64,000 bases of DNA from Minisyncoccota bacterium. Lineage in GTDB: Bacteria > Patescibacteriota > Minisyncoccia > UBA6257 > JAGOQP01. Positions 1 through 10,602 of this stretch are shown here, piece after piece (the first letter of the stretch is position 1; the number at the start of each line of letters is the position of its first letter). Both the position numbers and the translations under genes were made by a program. Location of the stretch: assembly GCA_041674185.1 (NCBI GenBank), contig JBAYWE010000002.1:2233-66232 (forward strand), read 5' to 3'. The notes below the pieces were generated by a model. It was not told where the DNA came from. It ran no database searches and saw nothing but the letters and a program-made list of their open reading frames with translations.

Positions 1-378
1 GTGGAATATTCTCGACTGCTGCCACCCGTAGGTGTACGAGCCGTGTCTCAGTCTCGTCGTTGGGGATCAGCCTCTCAGCTCCCCTACCGGTCATAGCCTT
101 GGTGGTCCGTTACACCACCAACTAGCTGATCGGGCCTAGGCCACTCTCAAAGCGTCTTACGACTTTTCCCTCTCGGGAGTATGGAGTATTACCCAATCTT
201 TCGACTGGCTATGCTCCACTTCGAGGTATGTACCAAGGTGTTACTAACTCGTTCGCCACTAACCAAAAATCTTCATTGACTTGATGTAATCGCATCTCTG
301 TTAAAACTTGGTTCGTTCGACTTGCATGCCTTATCCACGCCGCCAGCGTTCATCCTGAGCTAGGATCAAACTCTCAAT
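1..378 (-). rRNA. rrs: 16S rRNA, 5' portion (runs off the window start)
   Basis: Reverse complement reads AGAGTTTGATCCTAGCTCAGGATGAACGCTGGCGGC (27F site) and CCTACGGGTGGCAGCAG (341F site). Exact 5' end approximate. Confidence 0.98.
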
Positions 379-603
379 ATAGATGTATAGCTCCATGGTA
401 GGGAGCGAAGTGCGAATGACCACAATAATAAATTATAATAGTCAGTCGATCTTCGCTGAACCGGAATCTATACATTTTTTCGGGACAACCGAAAAAATTC
501 TTAAACTTTTTTACACTTCACTTAAATTTCTCAAACAGATGATTACGCTATTAACTTGTAGGGTTCAGGATTGCGTTCGTGTACCTTCCAGCCAGTGGAG
601 ATA

Positions 604-631
604 AGTATATATAAAGTTATCACAAAGTCAA
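604..631 (-). promoter_or_regulatory. Putative sigma70 promoter of the rRNA gene
   Basis: Minus strand TTGACT-16 bp-TATACT, about 230 bp upstream of the 16S 5' end. Confidence 0.55.
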
Positions 632-788
632 GAGGAAAAAGTAATGAGTAATGAATGGCTAGAAATTACAAAATAACCCCTCAATACCAATATAACGAAA
701 GTTGACCTAAGTCATATATCGTGGTATATTAAGGTCAGTAAAGATTGTGTAATCTTTTAACAAATCCAATAATAATTCGGAGCGAGAA

Positions 789-1247
789 ATGAAAATCACA
801 GTTAATCTTAACAACGGTCCAAATTCTTTTGAATTCCATGACTACAAAGAAAATCTTTCTATTTCTAACAGTACATATGCATTTAAGAAAGAAGAAGAAA
901 AAAAAATGTATAGTAAAATATCAGAAGTTGAATTCTTCTTAAAAAACCAAATCCCCACAGGGATTCTTCAAAAGATAGATGAGCATTATCACGAAGATAA
1001 TAAAGAGTTGCAAATGATAATATCTTTGTTTTATTTTTCCAACGAACCTCACCAGTGGTCCGCAGAAATTAAAATATGTGCACCTGAGGGATGTAATTAT
1101 TTCTCAAAAACTGGAAATAACGAAAATTACTCCTTGGAACCACATGATATACAAGAAGAGTTGGAAAAAATTTCCAAGGAATTTGAATTTTTCTGCGAAG
1201 ACAAACTTCTTGATGAACAGTTCGGATATTTCACAAAAAAGTTATAA
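789..1247 (+). CDS. Hypothetical protein
   Basis: 152-aa ORF followed by a terminator-like hairpin (AGGCAGC-AACAC-GCTGCCT then T-run, near 1269-1292); no motif recognised. Confidence 0.6.
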   Translation: MKITVNLNNGPNSFEFHDYKENLSISNSTYAFKKEEEKKMYSKISEVEFFLKNQIPTGILQKIDEHYHEDNKELQMIISLFYFSNEPHQWSAEIKICAPEGCNYFSKTGNNENYSLEPHDIQEELEKISKEFEFFCEDKLLDEQFGYFTKKL

Positions 1248-1416
1248 GGTAAAAATGAAGAAATAATTAGGCAGCAACACGCTGCCTTTTTTATTTTTCA
1301 TTCCTACTCACCCTTAATATCTACTGTTTACACCTTAATACTCACCAAAACTTGCAAAATAGACTCAAATGATGTAGTTTAATCGTACACAAATTTAGTA
1401 TCTATATCTCAATATT

Positions 1417-1692
1417 ATGAAGAAAAATATCCACCCAGAATATCACTCCCAAGCAAAAGTTTCTTGCTCATGCGGAAATGTGTTTTATGTTGGCTCAACC
1501 AAAAAAGAAATGGCAATTGAAATCTGTTATGCCTGCCACCCTTTCTTTACGGGTAACGAAAAACTCATTGATACCGCAGGACGCGTAGAGAAATTTAAAG
1601 CAAAAGTAGAGAAAGCAGCGAAAACGACAACGAAAAGCAAGGCGACTAAAAAAGCAGAAAAAAAAGAGAAAAAAGTAGCAAAAAAGAAATAG
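1417..1692 (+). CDS. rpmE: 50S ribosomal protein L31
   Basis: [23 protein letters not shown] and DTAGRVEKF signatures; Lys-rich tail. Confidence 0.97.
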   Translation: MKKNIHPEYHSQAKVSCSCGNVFYVGSTKKEMAIEICYACHPFFTGNEKLIDTAGRVEKFKAKVEKAAKTTTKSKATKKAEKKEKKVAKKK

Positions 1693-1801
1693 CAAAAATT
1701 AGTAGAAAGTGATTAGTACCTAGCGTATAGTAGATTTTGATATACATCAAATCACTATCCCCCTACCAACTAATCACTTTTTTGTTTTAAAAAATAAAAC
1801 T

Positions 1802-2536
1802 ATGGAACAAAATGTAAACAAACTTATTATAGAGGTTCGTGCGGGTGCAGGAGGAGATGAAGCATCTATTTTTGCAGGAAATTTAGTGCATATGTATCAA
1901 CGCTATGCCATCAAAAAGGGGTGGCGCTTTACCGAACTTGATTCAAATCAAACAACACTTGATGGATACAAAAGCTTTATGGGACGCATCGAAGGGCAGG
2001 GAGTGTATACACTTCTCAAACAAGAATCAGGAGTGCATCGTGTACAAAGAATCCCCAAAACTGAAAAAGGAGGGCGTATTCATACCTCCACGGCATCAGT
2101 GGCAATTCTTCCAGTCGTTGATGAACGAGAAGTAGCTATTAATCCTTCAGATTTGGAAATCTCATTCTTCCGCGCTTCAGGACCCGGAGGACAAAACGTC
2201 AACAAAGTAGAAACAGCGGTACGCATTGTACACAAACCAACGGGCGTCGTCGTTGCGTCTCAAAGCGAGCGTTCACAAAACGCAAACAAAGAAAATGCCA
2301 TGGGTGTTTTACGTTCTCGTATTTTTGAAGCCATGCGTGAACAGCAAGTCGCTTCTATGAGCGCGCTGCGTAAAGAACAAATTGGATCCAACGAACGTTC
2401 AGAAAAAATCCGCACCTATAACTTTCCTGAAGATAGAATTACGGATCATCGATCAAACACAAAAGCGCATAATATTGAAAAAGTACTTGAGGGTGAACTT
2501 GATATCTTATTTGACAAAATGAACAAACAAAAATAG
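1802..2536 (+). CDS. prfA: Peptide chain release factor 1, N-terminally short form
   Basis: EVRAGAGGDEA, ESGVHRVQRIPKTE (PxT motif of RF1), GPGGQNVNK, RTYNFP; only 244 aa. Confidence 0.88.
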   Translation: MEQNVNKLIIEVRAGAGGDEASIFAGNLVHMYQRYAIKKGWRFTELDSNQTTLDGYKSFMGRIEGQGVYTLLKQESGVHRVQRIPKTEKGGRIHTSTASVAILPVVDEREVAINPSDLEISFFRASGPGGQNVNKVETAVRIVHKPTGVVVASQSERSQNANKENAMGVLRSRIFEAMREQQVASMSALRKEQIGSNERSEKIRTYNFPEDRITDHRSNTKAHNIEKVLEGELDILFDKMNKQK

Positions 2537-2643
2537 AAATAATATCCTTCATAAAACCGCATACGCGGTTTTATGATTGCGTGATGTTATGCATAAAGTC
2601 GTAAAATATTCTTATAAGATAGAATATTCTCACTATGAATAAC

Positions 2644-2681
2644 TTTCCATATTTTTTCGCGATCGCGAAAAAATATGGAAA
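2644..2681. repeat. Perfect 38-bp palindrome
   Basis: TTTCCATATTTTTTCGCGATCGCGAAAAAATATGGAAA is its own reverse complement. Confidence 0.9.
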
Positions 2682-2847
2682 CACATCAAAAGGAAAAAAA
2701 GACAAGAAAACAATATTCAAAATAAATTATATCCCTGCAAGAGATATACCCAAGATATAGAAATTGGATATTAACTTTAAACTAAAGACCTCGACATTTT
2801 TTCATTCGGAAAAAATCGGAGGTCCGACTAACCATCAGAATTAGAAC

Positions 2848-3999
2848 TTATACCTTACTCCCCCATCCCAATCTTATAATTTCTTGAGCTAAAACAAGTG
2901 CGGCATCAGGAGTTGCAAATGCATGCGCGGCCGTAGACATATGATGATATGAGGAAACATCGGTACTAATTTTTTTAAGCTGTGTGAGAAAAAGAACCGG
3001 CGTAAGATTATCTTCTTCAATAATAATACAAGCTCCTTTTTGTGAATATTCAAGTGCATCGTACCACTGGTGGTTATTTGCGGATTCTTTTAATGGAATA
3101 ACAATAGATGGTTTTGCGAATGTTGCAATTTCAAAAAGAAAACTTCCCGAGCGAGACACAATAATATCAGCAGCGATAAACGCGTCCTTAAGATTATCTC
3201 TAAAAAAATCTACCACTTTATATCGTTCTTGATAGGGATGTATTTGATTCTTAAATATAAGATTTAATTCTCGTGACACATCTGAGAAATTTTTCATACC
3301 TGTCTGATGTAACACTTGATAGTGAGGAACCAACTCCGTAGCCGTATCCAATAAGAACGTATTTAATCGCTGTGAACCCTGAGACCCCCCCATAACAAGG
3401 ATAAGAGGTACCTGTGGGTCAAATCCAAATATACGCTTTGCTTGTTCTTGAGTTACATCACTCGGTGTCAGAAGAAACGGACGGACAGGATTGCCCACCA
3501 GAGCTCCTTTATTTCCCTTCACAAACGTAAGTGCGCGTTCGAAGGCAACTCCGACACGAGATGCAAATGGAAAAGAAAGACGATTTGTAAGTCCCGGAAC
3601 AGCATCAGACTCATGAACTATGATCGGAATACGATATATCCACGCAGCAAGAATAACGGGAAGCGCCCCCGTCCCCCCTTTTGAAAACAGAACATCGGGC
3701 ATTATAAATAATAATTTCAATAACGCCTGGAGAAATGAAAACGGAAATTTTATTGCATCAAGTATATTCAGAAACGATGCGTATCGACGCAGCTTACTAC
3801 CCATAATATGACGAATGGTAATTTTCCGTTTCACAAATTCATCACTATACATACCTGGATCTCCAAAGTATGAATAAGAAACACGAACATCGGGATATCG
3901 ACGCATCCCCTTTGTAATTTCATCCGCAACAGCTAGAAGTGGATAAATATGTCCTCCTGTACCCCCTCCTGTATATGCGATTCTGATATGTTTTTGCAT
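2848..3999 (-). CDS. murG: UDP-GlcNAc:lipid I GlcNAc transferase
   Basis: GGGTGGHIYP, HESDAVPGLTN, GNPVR, MGGSQGS motifs; downstream of ftsW. Confidence 0.96.
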   Translation of the reverse strand: MQKHIRIAYTGGGTGGHIYPLLAVADEITKGMRRYPDVRVSYSYFGDPGMYSDEFVKRKITIRHIMGSKLRRYASFLNILDAIKFPFSFLQALLKLLFIMPDVLFSKGGTGALPVILAAWIYRIPIIVHESDAVPGLTNRLSFPFASRVGVAFERALTFVKGNKGALVGNPVRPFLLTPSDVTQEQAKRIFGFDPQVPLILVMGGSQGSQRLNTFLLDTATELVPHYQVLHQTGMKNFSDVSRELNLIFKNQIHPYQERYKVVDFFRDNLKDAFIAADIIVSRSGSFLFEIATFAKPSIVIPLKESANNHQWYDALEYSQKGACIIIEEDNLTPVLFLTQLKKISTDVSSYHHMSTAAHAFATPDAALVLAQEIIRLGWGSKV

Positions 4000-4047
4000 A
4001 AAAAATAAAAGTATTAAGAAATGAGTACTATATAATAAGAAATATAT

Positions 4048-5214
4048 TTAGACAGATTTCGAATGAGTAGTGTGTCTTGATATGTTAGCAATGATACCCA
4101 TCATCGTCAAAGAAACTGCAAGGGCTGTTCCTCCATAACTAATAAATGGAAGAGGGACTCCCGTAAAGGGCAGAATGCCCGAATTCGCAGCAATATGAAT
4201 AAATGTTTGAATCATGATGATTGAGGAAAATCCAAGTACGACTAATTTTGCAAAATCATCATGCATGTGAAGCATGATATCAGATGAACGCCAGAAAAAT
4301 ATAAGATAGAGTCCGATTACCACTAACGACCCAATAAAACCAAATTCTTCAGCTATAACAGAAAAAATAGAATCACCCATCGGTTCAGGAAGAACACTAT
4401 ATTTACTCGTTGATTTTCCAAACCCCACACCAGAGATCCCCCCCGTACCAATAGCTATACGTGACTGATCCACATGAAAAGAATCAGCAGAAGCACCCTG
4501 CAAGGAAAGAGATGGGGCGACCTGATCAGTAATTGCATTCAAAAAGGGAGCAACACGATGAAGACGATAGGGAGTAAAAATCGCCAAAAGTAATACAACA
4601 CTCAGAGCAAGACCCGCTGTCAGTGCAATATGTTTAAATGAGGCCCCGCTAAAGAAAAAAATAACCGCTCCTGCTCCAATAATAATGACAGCCATAGTAG
4701 TTGCGGGTTGAATAAAAATAAGCACACTCACCACACAGGATACAAACAAAAATAAACCATATGATGTCCACGATTGCTTTAATCGTTTCACCGAAATACT
4801 AGAGAAAAGAGATGCTAAATAAAGGATAAAAGTGATTTTGAGAAGCTCTGAGGGCTGAAAAGAGAAAGGACCTAAGTTTATCCATCGATAAGATCCTTTC
4901 GCAGCAAATCCAAAAGGAGTAAAAACTAATATCATTAAAATAATATTGAGAAGAAGCAGTAGAGGCGCAAATTTTTTCCATTTACGATAATACATAAAAT
5001 ACCCAAGACAGAAACCAATGAGTCCGGGAAGCAATCCTTTTAAAAACTGACTCGAAAGAAAAAAGAAACTATCATTATATTTAATCTTCGCAATATCAGA
5101 AGAAGCAGAAGCAAGAAATAAAAAACCAGCTAACACTAAAAATAAAATGACTCCGAGTAAGACATAATCAGCACGATGTCCAGCAAAAATAAATTTGTTC
5201 TTCAAAAATCTCAT
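4048..5214 (-). CDS. ftsW: SEDS family peptidoglycan polymerase FtsW
   Basis: RWINLGPFSFQPSELLK, LPEPMGDSIFSVIAEEFG, GVPLPFISYGGT; dcw context. Confidence 0.92.
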   Translation of the reverse strand: MRFLKNKFIFAGHRADYVLLGVILFLVLAGFLFLASASSDIAKIKYNDSFFFLSSQFLKGLLPGLIGFCLGYFMYYRKWKKFAPLLLLLNIILMILVFTPFGFAAKGSYRWINLGPFSFQPSELLKITFILYLASLFSSISVKRLKQSWTSYGLFLFVSCVVSVLIFIQPATTMAVIIIGAGAVIFFFSGASFKHIALTAGLALSVVLLLAIFTPYRLHRVAPFLNAITDQVAPSLSLQGASADSFHVDQSRIAIGTGGISGVGFGKSTSKYSVLPEPMGDSIFSVIAEEFGFIGSLVVIGLYLIFFWRSSDIMLHMHDDFAKLVVLGFSSIIMIQTFIHIAANSGILPFTGVPLPFISYGGTALAVSLTMMGIIANISRHTTHSKSV

Positions 5215-5238
5215 AGATAGATATCAAGACACATTATG

Positions 5239-6840
5239 TTATAAACGAGTATTTCTGAGAATCTGACCATACGCTGTTTGAGGACGTGCCGTAACAACTC
5301 CATCTTCCAAAACTCTCTGTCCATTTACCCACACCTGCAAAGGAACAAAATCATGAGACAATAAAACCATATCAGCATACGATCCTCCTTGCAGACGTCC
5401 CCGCTTTGAAAGTCCCATAACCCGAGCGGGAATACCCGTGAGTCGCGCAATTGCAGATTCAATAGAAAGAGACGCATGAGATGCTTTTTCTAAGAAGAGG
5501 GAGAATGTATGTTTCGCACGATCGGGATAAAATTTTGCAGATGTATCAATACTCGGACTATTACTTGCAATAAGAGCGCGATCAGACAAAAGAGCTGTAT
5601 CAATATACGACTGATTTAGATTTTCATAAAAAAGGAATCCGCGCGCATGCGTTGCTTGTAGTAATGAAATAACAGCTTGAGGAACAGTTACTTGTCTATT
5701 TTGTGCAAAATCATACACCGACATACCGTTCACAAACTCAATACCTGGCGCATGAACAATAGTAGCATGGCGTGCATCAATTTTAGGAAATGATTTAATT
5801 AATAAACGAACCACTGCTGGATCGTGGAGAGCATCTATGAGTTTACGACGATCCCATCCACGCATGTCATGCAACAAGAATGAATCAAGAGGAACAACAC
5901 TATATGAAAATGGATTTGTAGAAAAATGAACATCAGCAACCTTTCCTTTTTCACCAATAAAAGCAAGAGATTTTTCAAATTCAGATTCAAATCCAATAAA
6001 AGGACGTAAATGATTAATAAGTACACGAGCAGATACATCTTGTGCAAGACGAACAGCCTCTTGTACACTGGCAAGTAATCCAGCCTTTTCATCACGTACA
6101 TGGGTTGCATATAATCCTTTATAACGAGCGACTACCTCAACTAAGGCACGGAGTTCATGATACGTTGTTCCTTGATAGGGGTAATAACCAAGTCCTGTCG
6201 AAAATCCAAACGCTCCCTGTGCAAGAGAATCAGAGAGAATAGATCGAAACACGCGCAATTCATTCATCGTAAGAGCACGCCACACACGAGGATCTTTTAA
6301 TAAATCTTCTCGAATAACTTTATGCCCCACTAATGTTCCTATATTTACCCCAAATGAAAAAGATTGTGAAAATGAGTCGAGAAGTTCCTGCACCGTACGC
6401 CAATTACTGTTAATAGTGCTTGTCGGAGCCCAATCAGTAAAATGCTGTAAGGGACCATAGAGAGACGGTGCTAAAGAAAATCCACATTGTCCAATAAGAA
6501 TCGTAGTAACTCCCTGGGTAATAAAATTAGCGTGGAGCGGAGAAGAAAATAAAGTTAAATATCTATCCGATGAAGCATTAATATCAATGAATCCAGGACA
6601 AAGATATGCTTCGTTGCCATATATAATTTTATCCGCTTTATAGTTAGGGAAATTTCCTACCGCAATAATCATGGCATCACGAATTAATACATCGCCCTTA
6701 AAAGGAGGAATTCCTGTTCCATCAACAACTTGCACATTTTTAATCAACGTTGTCATAGTATATGTATTATAGTATACACTATTTGAGAAGGGTAATATAG
6801 AAAAGAAAACACGATACACCAATAGATAAGAGCTTATCAA
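5239..6840 (-). CDS. Amidohydrolase-family protein (N-acyl-D-amino acid deacylase-like), degenerate metal site; true start probably MTTLIKN near 6756
   Basis: VVDGTG, LCPGFID, QGVTT, GAFGFSTGL, THVRDE, RGRLQGGSYADMV; the usual DxHxH reads DINAS. Confidence 0.8.
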   Translation of the reverse strand: MISSYLLVYRVFFSILPFSNSVYYNTYTMTTLIKNVQVVDGTGIPPFKGDVLIRDAMIIAVGNFPNYKADKIIYGNEAYLCPGFIDINASSDRYLTLFSSPLHANFITQGVTTILIGQCGFSLAPSLYGPLQHFTDWAPTSTINSNWRTVQELLDSFSQSFSFGVNIGTLVGHKVIREDLLKDPRVWRALTMNELRVFRSILSDSLAQGAFGFSTGLGYYPYQGTTYHELRALVEVVARYKGLYATHVRDEKAGLLASVQEAVRLAQDVSARVLINHLRPFIGFESEFEKSLAFIGEKGKVADVHFSTNPFSYSVVPLDSFLLHDMRGWDRRKLIDALHDPAVVRLLIKSFPKIDARHATIVHAPGIEFVNGMSVYDFAQNRQVTVPQAVISLLQATHARGFLFYENLNQSYIDTALLSDRALIASNSPSIDTSAKFYPDRAKHTFSLFLEKASHASLSIESAIARLTGIPARVMGLSKRGRLQGGSYADMVLLSHDFVPLQVWVNGQRVLEDGVVTARPQTAYGQILRNTRL

Positions 6841-6909
6841 AAAAGACCGTCTCTATTGTTCTTAATATGATGTATTTTATACTAAGGATAAAGAATATTC
6901 TAAATTCTT

Positions 6910-7956
6910 TTAGACAAACATACGTGAGAGAAAAAAGATAACCAAACCAAGTCCATTAGAGACCGCAGATATAATCCAAAATCGCATCGTCACCCGTGAC
7001 TCATGCCATCCCAATGCTTCAAAATGATGGTGAATCGGTGTAGACAAAAATATTTTTCGCTTAAAAACTTTTTTAGAGAACAACTGTACTATAACAGACA
7101 GTGATTCGAGTACCAGAATAGGAGCAAAAAACGGGAGGAGTAATGCGGTATTCGTAAGAAGAGCAATAATACCCATAGTAATTCCTAAAGCCATGGATCC
7201 CGTATCTCCCATGAAAAATCGTGCAGGATAAATATTAAACCACAAAAATGCAAGTAACGCCCCAACGATCATGGCAGTGAAAACAGCTAAATCAAATCTC
7301 CCCATAACAAAAGCGACTACAGTCAATGATGCAAATGAAAAGAGAGAGACGCCACCTAATAATCCATCGAGTCCATCAGTTTCATTCGCAGAAAAAGCAG
7401 AAGCAACGATAATAAAAAGAAAAATAGGAATATACCATCCATTTATTTGAAAGAATCCCGCGAATGGAATATATAACGTCGTCCATCCTAATTTGACAAA
7501 AAACCAATATGCCCCAATAAGTCCAATAATAAAATACACTGCTATTTTATGCTTCATAGATATTCCCCCGCCCTTGGGTCCAATACGCAAAATACCTAAA
7601 ATATCATCTAACAGTCCCAGGAGTGCGGCAATTAACATGGCGGCTATAGGAAGATATGTTTCTGCTCTATTGATAATATTAAAATATCCCCATGTATCTC
7701 CAAAAAAATAATTAATAAGGAAAAAAATAAGTGCGAGCGCAAGTACCGAAATCCAAATAATAATCCCTCCCATCGTAGGAGTCCCCTCTTTCCCTTTATG
7801 AAGACTTGAAAATATAGGAGCATCGACAGCAGATCGAATCTGTTTTCCAGCTTTATATTTAAAAAGTAACTTGGTTACCAATGGAGTAATGAGTAATGCA
7901 ATAACGAATGTGATACCCGTCAAAAGTAATAAACGAATCGCCTGAAATTGAAGCAT
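6910..7956 (-). CDS. mraY: Phospho-N-acetylmuramoyl-pentapeptide transferase
   Basis: KEGTPTMGG, NETDGLDGL, FMGDTGS, PIHHHFE motifs. Confidence 0.97.
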   Translation of the reverse strand: MLQFQAIRLLLLTGITFVIALLITPLVTKLLFKYKAGKQIRSAVDAPIFSSLHKGKEGTPTMGGIIIWISVLALALIFFLINYFFGDTWGYFNIINRAETYLPIAAMLIAALLGLLDDILGILRIGPKGGGISMKHKIAVYFIIGLIGAYWFFVKLGWTTLYIPFAGFFQINGWYIPIFLFIIVASAFSANETDGLDGLLGGVSLFSFASLTVVAFVMGRFDLAVFTAMIVGALLAFLWFNIYPARFFMGDTGSMALGITMGIIALLTNTALLLPFFAPILVLESLSVIVQLFSKKVFKRKIFLSTPIHHHFEALGWHESRVTMRFWIISAVSNGLGLVIFFLSRMFV

Positions 7957-8033
7957 AAAAAAATAATTAAATAGTATATATATAATACCACGAGCTCATC
8001 TTTTTCTGCAATAACAAAAATAAAAAACAAAAC

Positions 8034-9047
8034 CTATTGTTTCATTTTTTGTGCACATAAAAGCAATCTACTTAAATCTGCAAAACGATCATCACTCCCC
8101 AAAACTTCAACCGCCCATACACTTGAATTTTCATGAAACAAGGCGACTAAATTTCCCCCCGACTCATTAATAAAACCCGTCTTCCCTCCAATAAAATTTT
8201 TTGTTCCGGCAAAATAATTAACATTCAATAAACGAATCGTACGTTGGCGAGTCTGATTCATAATCGGTACTATTTTTTCTCTCGTAATAGCAAGGAGGGT
8301 TGGTTGTGTTTGATATATATACGCAAGCAGAAGAGCTAAATCGGACACAGTAGATTGATTGAGATATGAAAGACCCGATGGTTCTGTAAAAATAGTTTGA
8401 CGCATACCTATCTCTTTTGCTTTCTCATTCATACGAGTAACAAAAGTATCAAATCCAAATGATTCTGCGAGTGCATACGTAGCATCATTACTCGAAACAA
8501 CCAAAGCGGCACGAATAAGATCTTGTACGGTATATGAGGCACCAACCTCAAGAGAGGCATACCCCTCCGCGAGAGCATGGGCATTTTCACTCACCGTAAT
8601 AACTGCCTCAGATTGCATAGACTCCATAGCAACAAGAGTAGTCATTAATTTACTCACCGAAGCAATAGGCCTACTCCCTGTTTCATTTTTTGAAACAATA
8701 ATTTTTCCATGGGTTATATCTTTTACCAGATACGCCGCTACCGATAACGAACAAGAAGAGGCTATAGATCCCACAGAAGGTTTTTCGACAACCGAAGTTT
8801 CTCCTTGAGGAGAGGGTTCTTGTAATGGAACATCAACGGGTAATTCCCGAAAAGAAGCAGTTTGAAATTTATTTTTTTGAGCTAATGACGGCACCGTATA
8901 GGTCCCCAAACGAGTAATTGATTCAGGAAGAGGAGGGGTGGATAAAACAGAACGCTCCTCTGCAACCAAGGCGTGTAACATAAGCGTCGAAAATAATATC
9001 GCAATAACAAGAATGAGAGCCTGGTATTTCATGAATAAGGAATACAA
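8034..9047 (-). CDS. D-alanyl-D-alanine carboxypeptidase (peptidase S11)
   Basis: ASVSKLMT (SxxK), SSNDA (SxN), GGKTGF (KTG); N-terminal membrane anchor. Confidence 0.9.
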   Translation of the reverse strand: MYSLFMKYQALILVIAILFSTLMLHALVAEERSVLSTPPLPESITRLGTYTVPSLAQKNKFQTASFRELPVDVPLQEPSPQGETSVVEKPSVGSIASSCSLSVAAYLVKDITHGKIIVSKNETGSRPIASVSKLMTTLVAMESMQSEAVITVSENAHALAEGYASLEVGASYTVQDLIRAALVVSSNDATYALAESFGFDTFVTRMNEKAKEIGMRQTIFTEPSGLSYLNQSTVSDLALLLAYIYQTQPTLLAITREKIVPIMNQTRQRTIRLLNVNYFAGTKNFIGGKTGFINESGGNLVALFHENSSVWAVEVLGSDDRFADLSRLLLCAQKMKQ

Positions 9048-9056
9048 AAATTATGA

Positions 9057-9692
9057 TTATATACAAGATGTATCAAGATGATCGTCTACTTTTTTTTCAG
9101 AATCAATCGTCACAGGAATAGATGCCGTCTCGTCTGATTCAAAAAAATTCTTCCGTGTTTCCTGATACTGTCCATACTGAGGTAAATCTTCAAGACGCGC
9201 AAGTCCAAGATGAGTGAGAAAATCAGTTGTGACTTCATACAAATACGTATTTCCCTTACTCGTACGTTCCACAAGTCCACGCACCAACAAATTACGCAAC
9301 ATAAAACTAGAATTAACTCCACGAATATAATCAATCTGCGCACGAGTAATAGGACCAAAATATGCCACCAACGATAACGTCTCCACCGCAGAAGGAGTAA
9401 GTTCTTCTTTTAAACTATCCTTTACAAATGATTCAAGAAACGGAGCGAATTGCGGTTTAGTAATAAGCATATAGGCATCCCCTTTTTCCAAGAGAAGTAA
9501 TCCCCTCTGTGAATCCATAAGTGTTTCTTGAAATGCACGAATAATTTCACTCACCTGCTCAGAAGAAACCTGTAATAATCGCATAATCATATCTCGCGAA
9601 ACAGGTTCTCCATATAAGAAAAGTATCGCTTCAAGAGCAGCTATGTGAGACGATGCCGACGATGTGGTTTGTGTATTGATTTCATTATCCAT
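9057..9692 (-). CDS. scpB: SMC-Scp complex subunit ScpB
   Basis: LEAILF, ETLSLVAYFGPITRAQIDYIRGVNS, FLTHLGL-LEDLP. Confidence 0.95.
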   Translation of the reverse strand: MDNEINTQTTSSASSHIAALEAILFLYGEPVSRDMIMRLLQVSSEQVSEIIRAFQETLMDSQRGLLLLEKGDAYMLITKPQFAPFLESFVKDSLKEELTPSAVETLSLVAYFGPITRAQIDYIRGVNSSFMLRNLLVRGLVERTSKGNTYLYEVTTDFLTHLGLARLEDLPQYGQYQETRKNFFESDETASIPVTIDSEKKVDDHLDTSCI

Positions 9693-9718
9693 ATTATAAA
9701 TTCAAAAATAATTATTAT

Positions 9719-10450
9719 TTACTGCTCAGTAATTTTTTCCATACTAATCTCTCCAAATAATCCTTCTTGTTTTACCCGAATTGTTTGATCTCTCAATAAA
9801 TGCAATAACGCTAAAAATAAAACAATCAATTCTCCCTTTGGACTCGCCGAAGTTACCTGAGAAAAATGAGATATACCATGTGCAATCTTACTTGAAAGTT
9901 CACTAATTTTCTCTTCCAAGTTAATAAGTTGTTTCTCTATATGCTCAGTCTCAACTACAAGAGATCCAAGAGATTGTAATAAATTACCCAGAGCAGTTTC
10001 GAGATGAGACACCGCAAGAGTTGTGGGTGGATAAAAAATCGGAGGCAAGTCCTTCATAAATTCACGAGAGAAAGAAGGAGATGCGGTTTGCCACGATGTG
10101 CGCAAAAGTAAAAAGAGTGGTTTTAAAGCGCTATACATTTTGAGACGTCGCTCTAAATCAACGATATCTTCTTGTTCGTCTGGGGTAAAAGAAATATCGG
10201 GTAAAAGTTCTTTTGATTTAATTAAGACTAAGTGAGAAGCAACAATAAGAAAATCAGATAAAATACGAGGAGAAAGACCCTCCTCTTCTCCAGAAGACGG
10301 TATTTGATTCCGTAATATTTCTATATATGAGAGAAAATCGTTGGTAACTTCTGCTAAACTAATAGTCGTAATATCAAGCTTTTTTGCCTCAATAAGTTCT
10401 AATAGTTTTTCTAGAGGGCCAGAAAATTGCTGTGTTTGCACCTGATACAT
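9719..10450 (-). CDS. scpA: Segregation/condensation protein ScpA
   Basis: FSGPLEKLLELIE, IKSKELLP, FLALLHL, QEGLFGEI; adjacent to scpB. Confidence 0.93.
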   Translation of the reverse strand: MYQVQTQQFSGPLEKLLELIEAKKLDITTISLAEVTNDFLSYIEILRNQIPSSGEEEGLSPRILSDFLIVASHLVLIKSKELLPDISFTPDEQEDIVDLERRLKMYSALKPLFLLLRTSWQTASPSFSREFMKDLPPIFYPPTTLAVSHLETALGNLLQSLGSLVVETEHIEKQLINLEEKISELSSKIAHGISHFSQVTSASPKGELIVLFLALLHLLRDQTIRVKQEGLFGEISMEKITEQ

Positions 10451-10602
10451 AGAAGTAGTATAGAGGAAAAAAGACGAAGGGTAAAGAAGAAAAAAGACGT
10501 AAATAGTAGGTAATAGAAAAAAGAAAGGTATTGGTAAAAATTTAAATATAAGATATAATCAAAAAATAAGGAGAGGCTTACAAGCCATAAACATCATTTT
10601 TT

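Noticed and set aside
261-313. Intron in the 16S V1 region
   Set aside because: Only a moderately long helix-6 region; too short for a self-splicing intron or ORF.
383-604. 73-aa ORF
   Set aside because: Lies antisense in the rRNA leader between promoter and 16S; no protein features.
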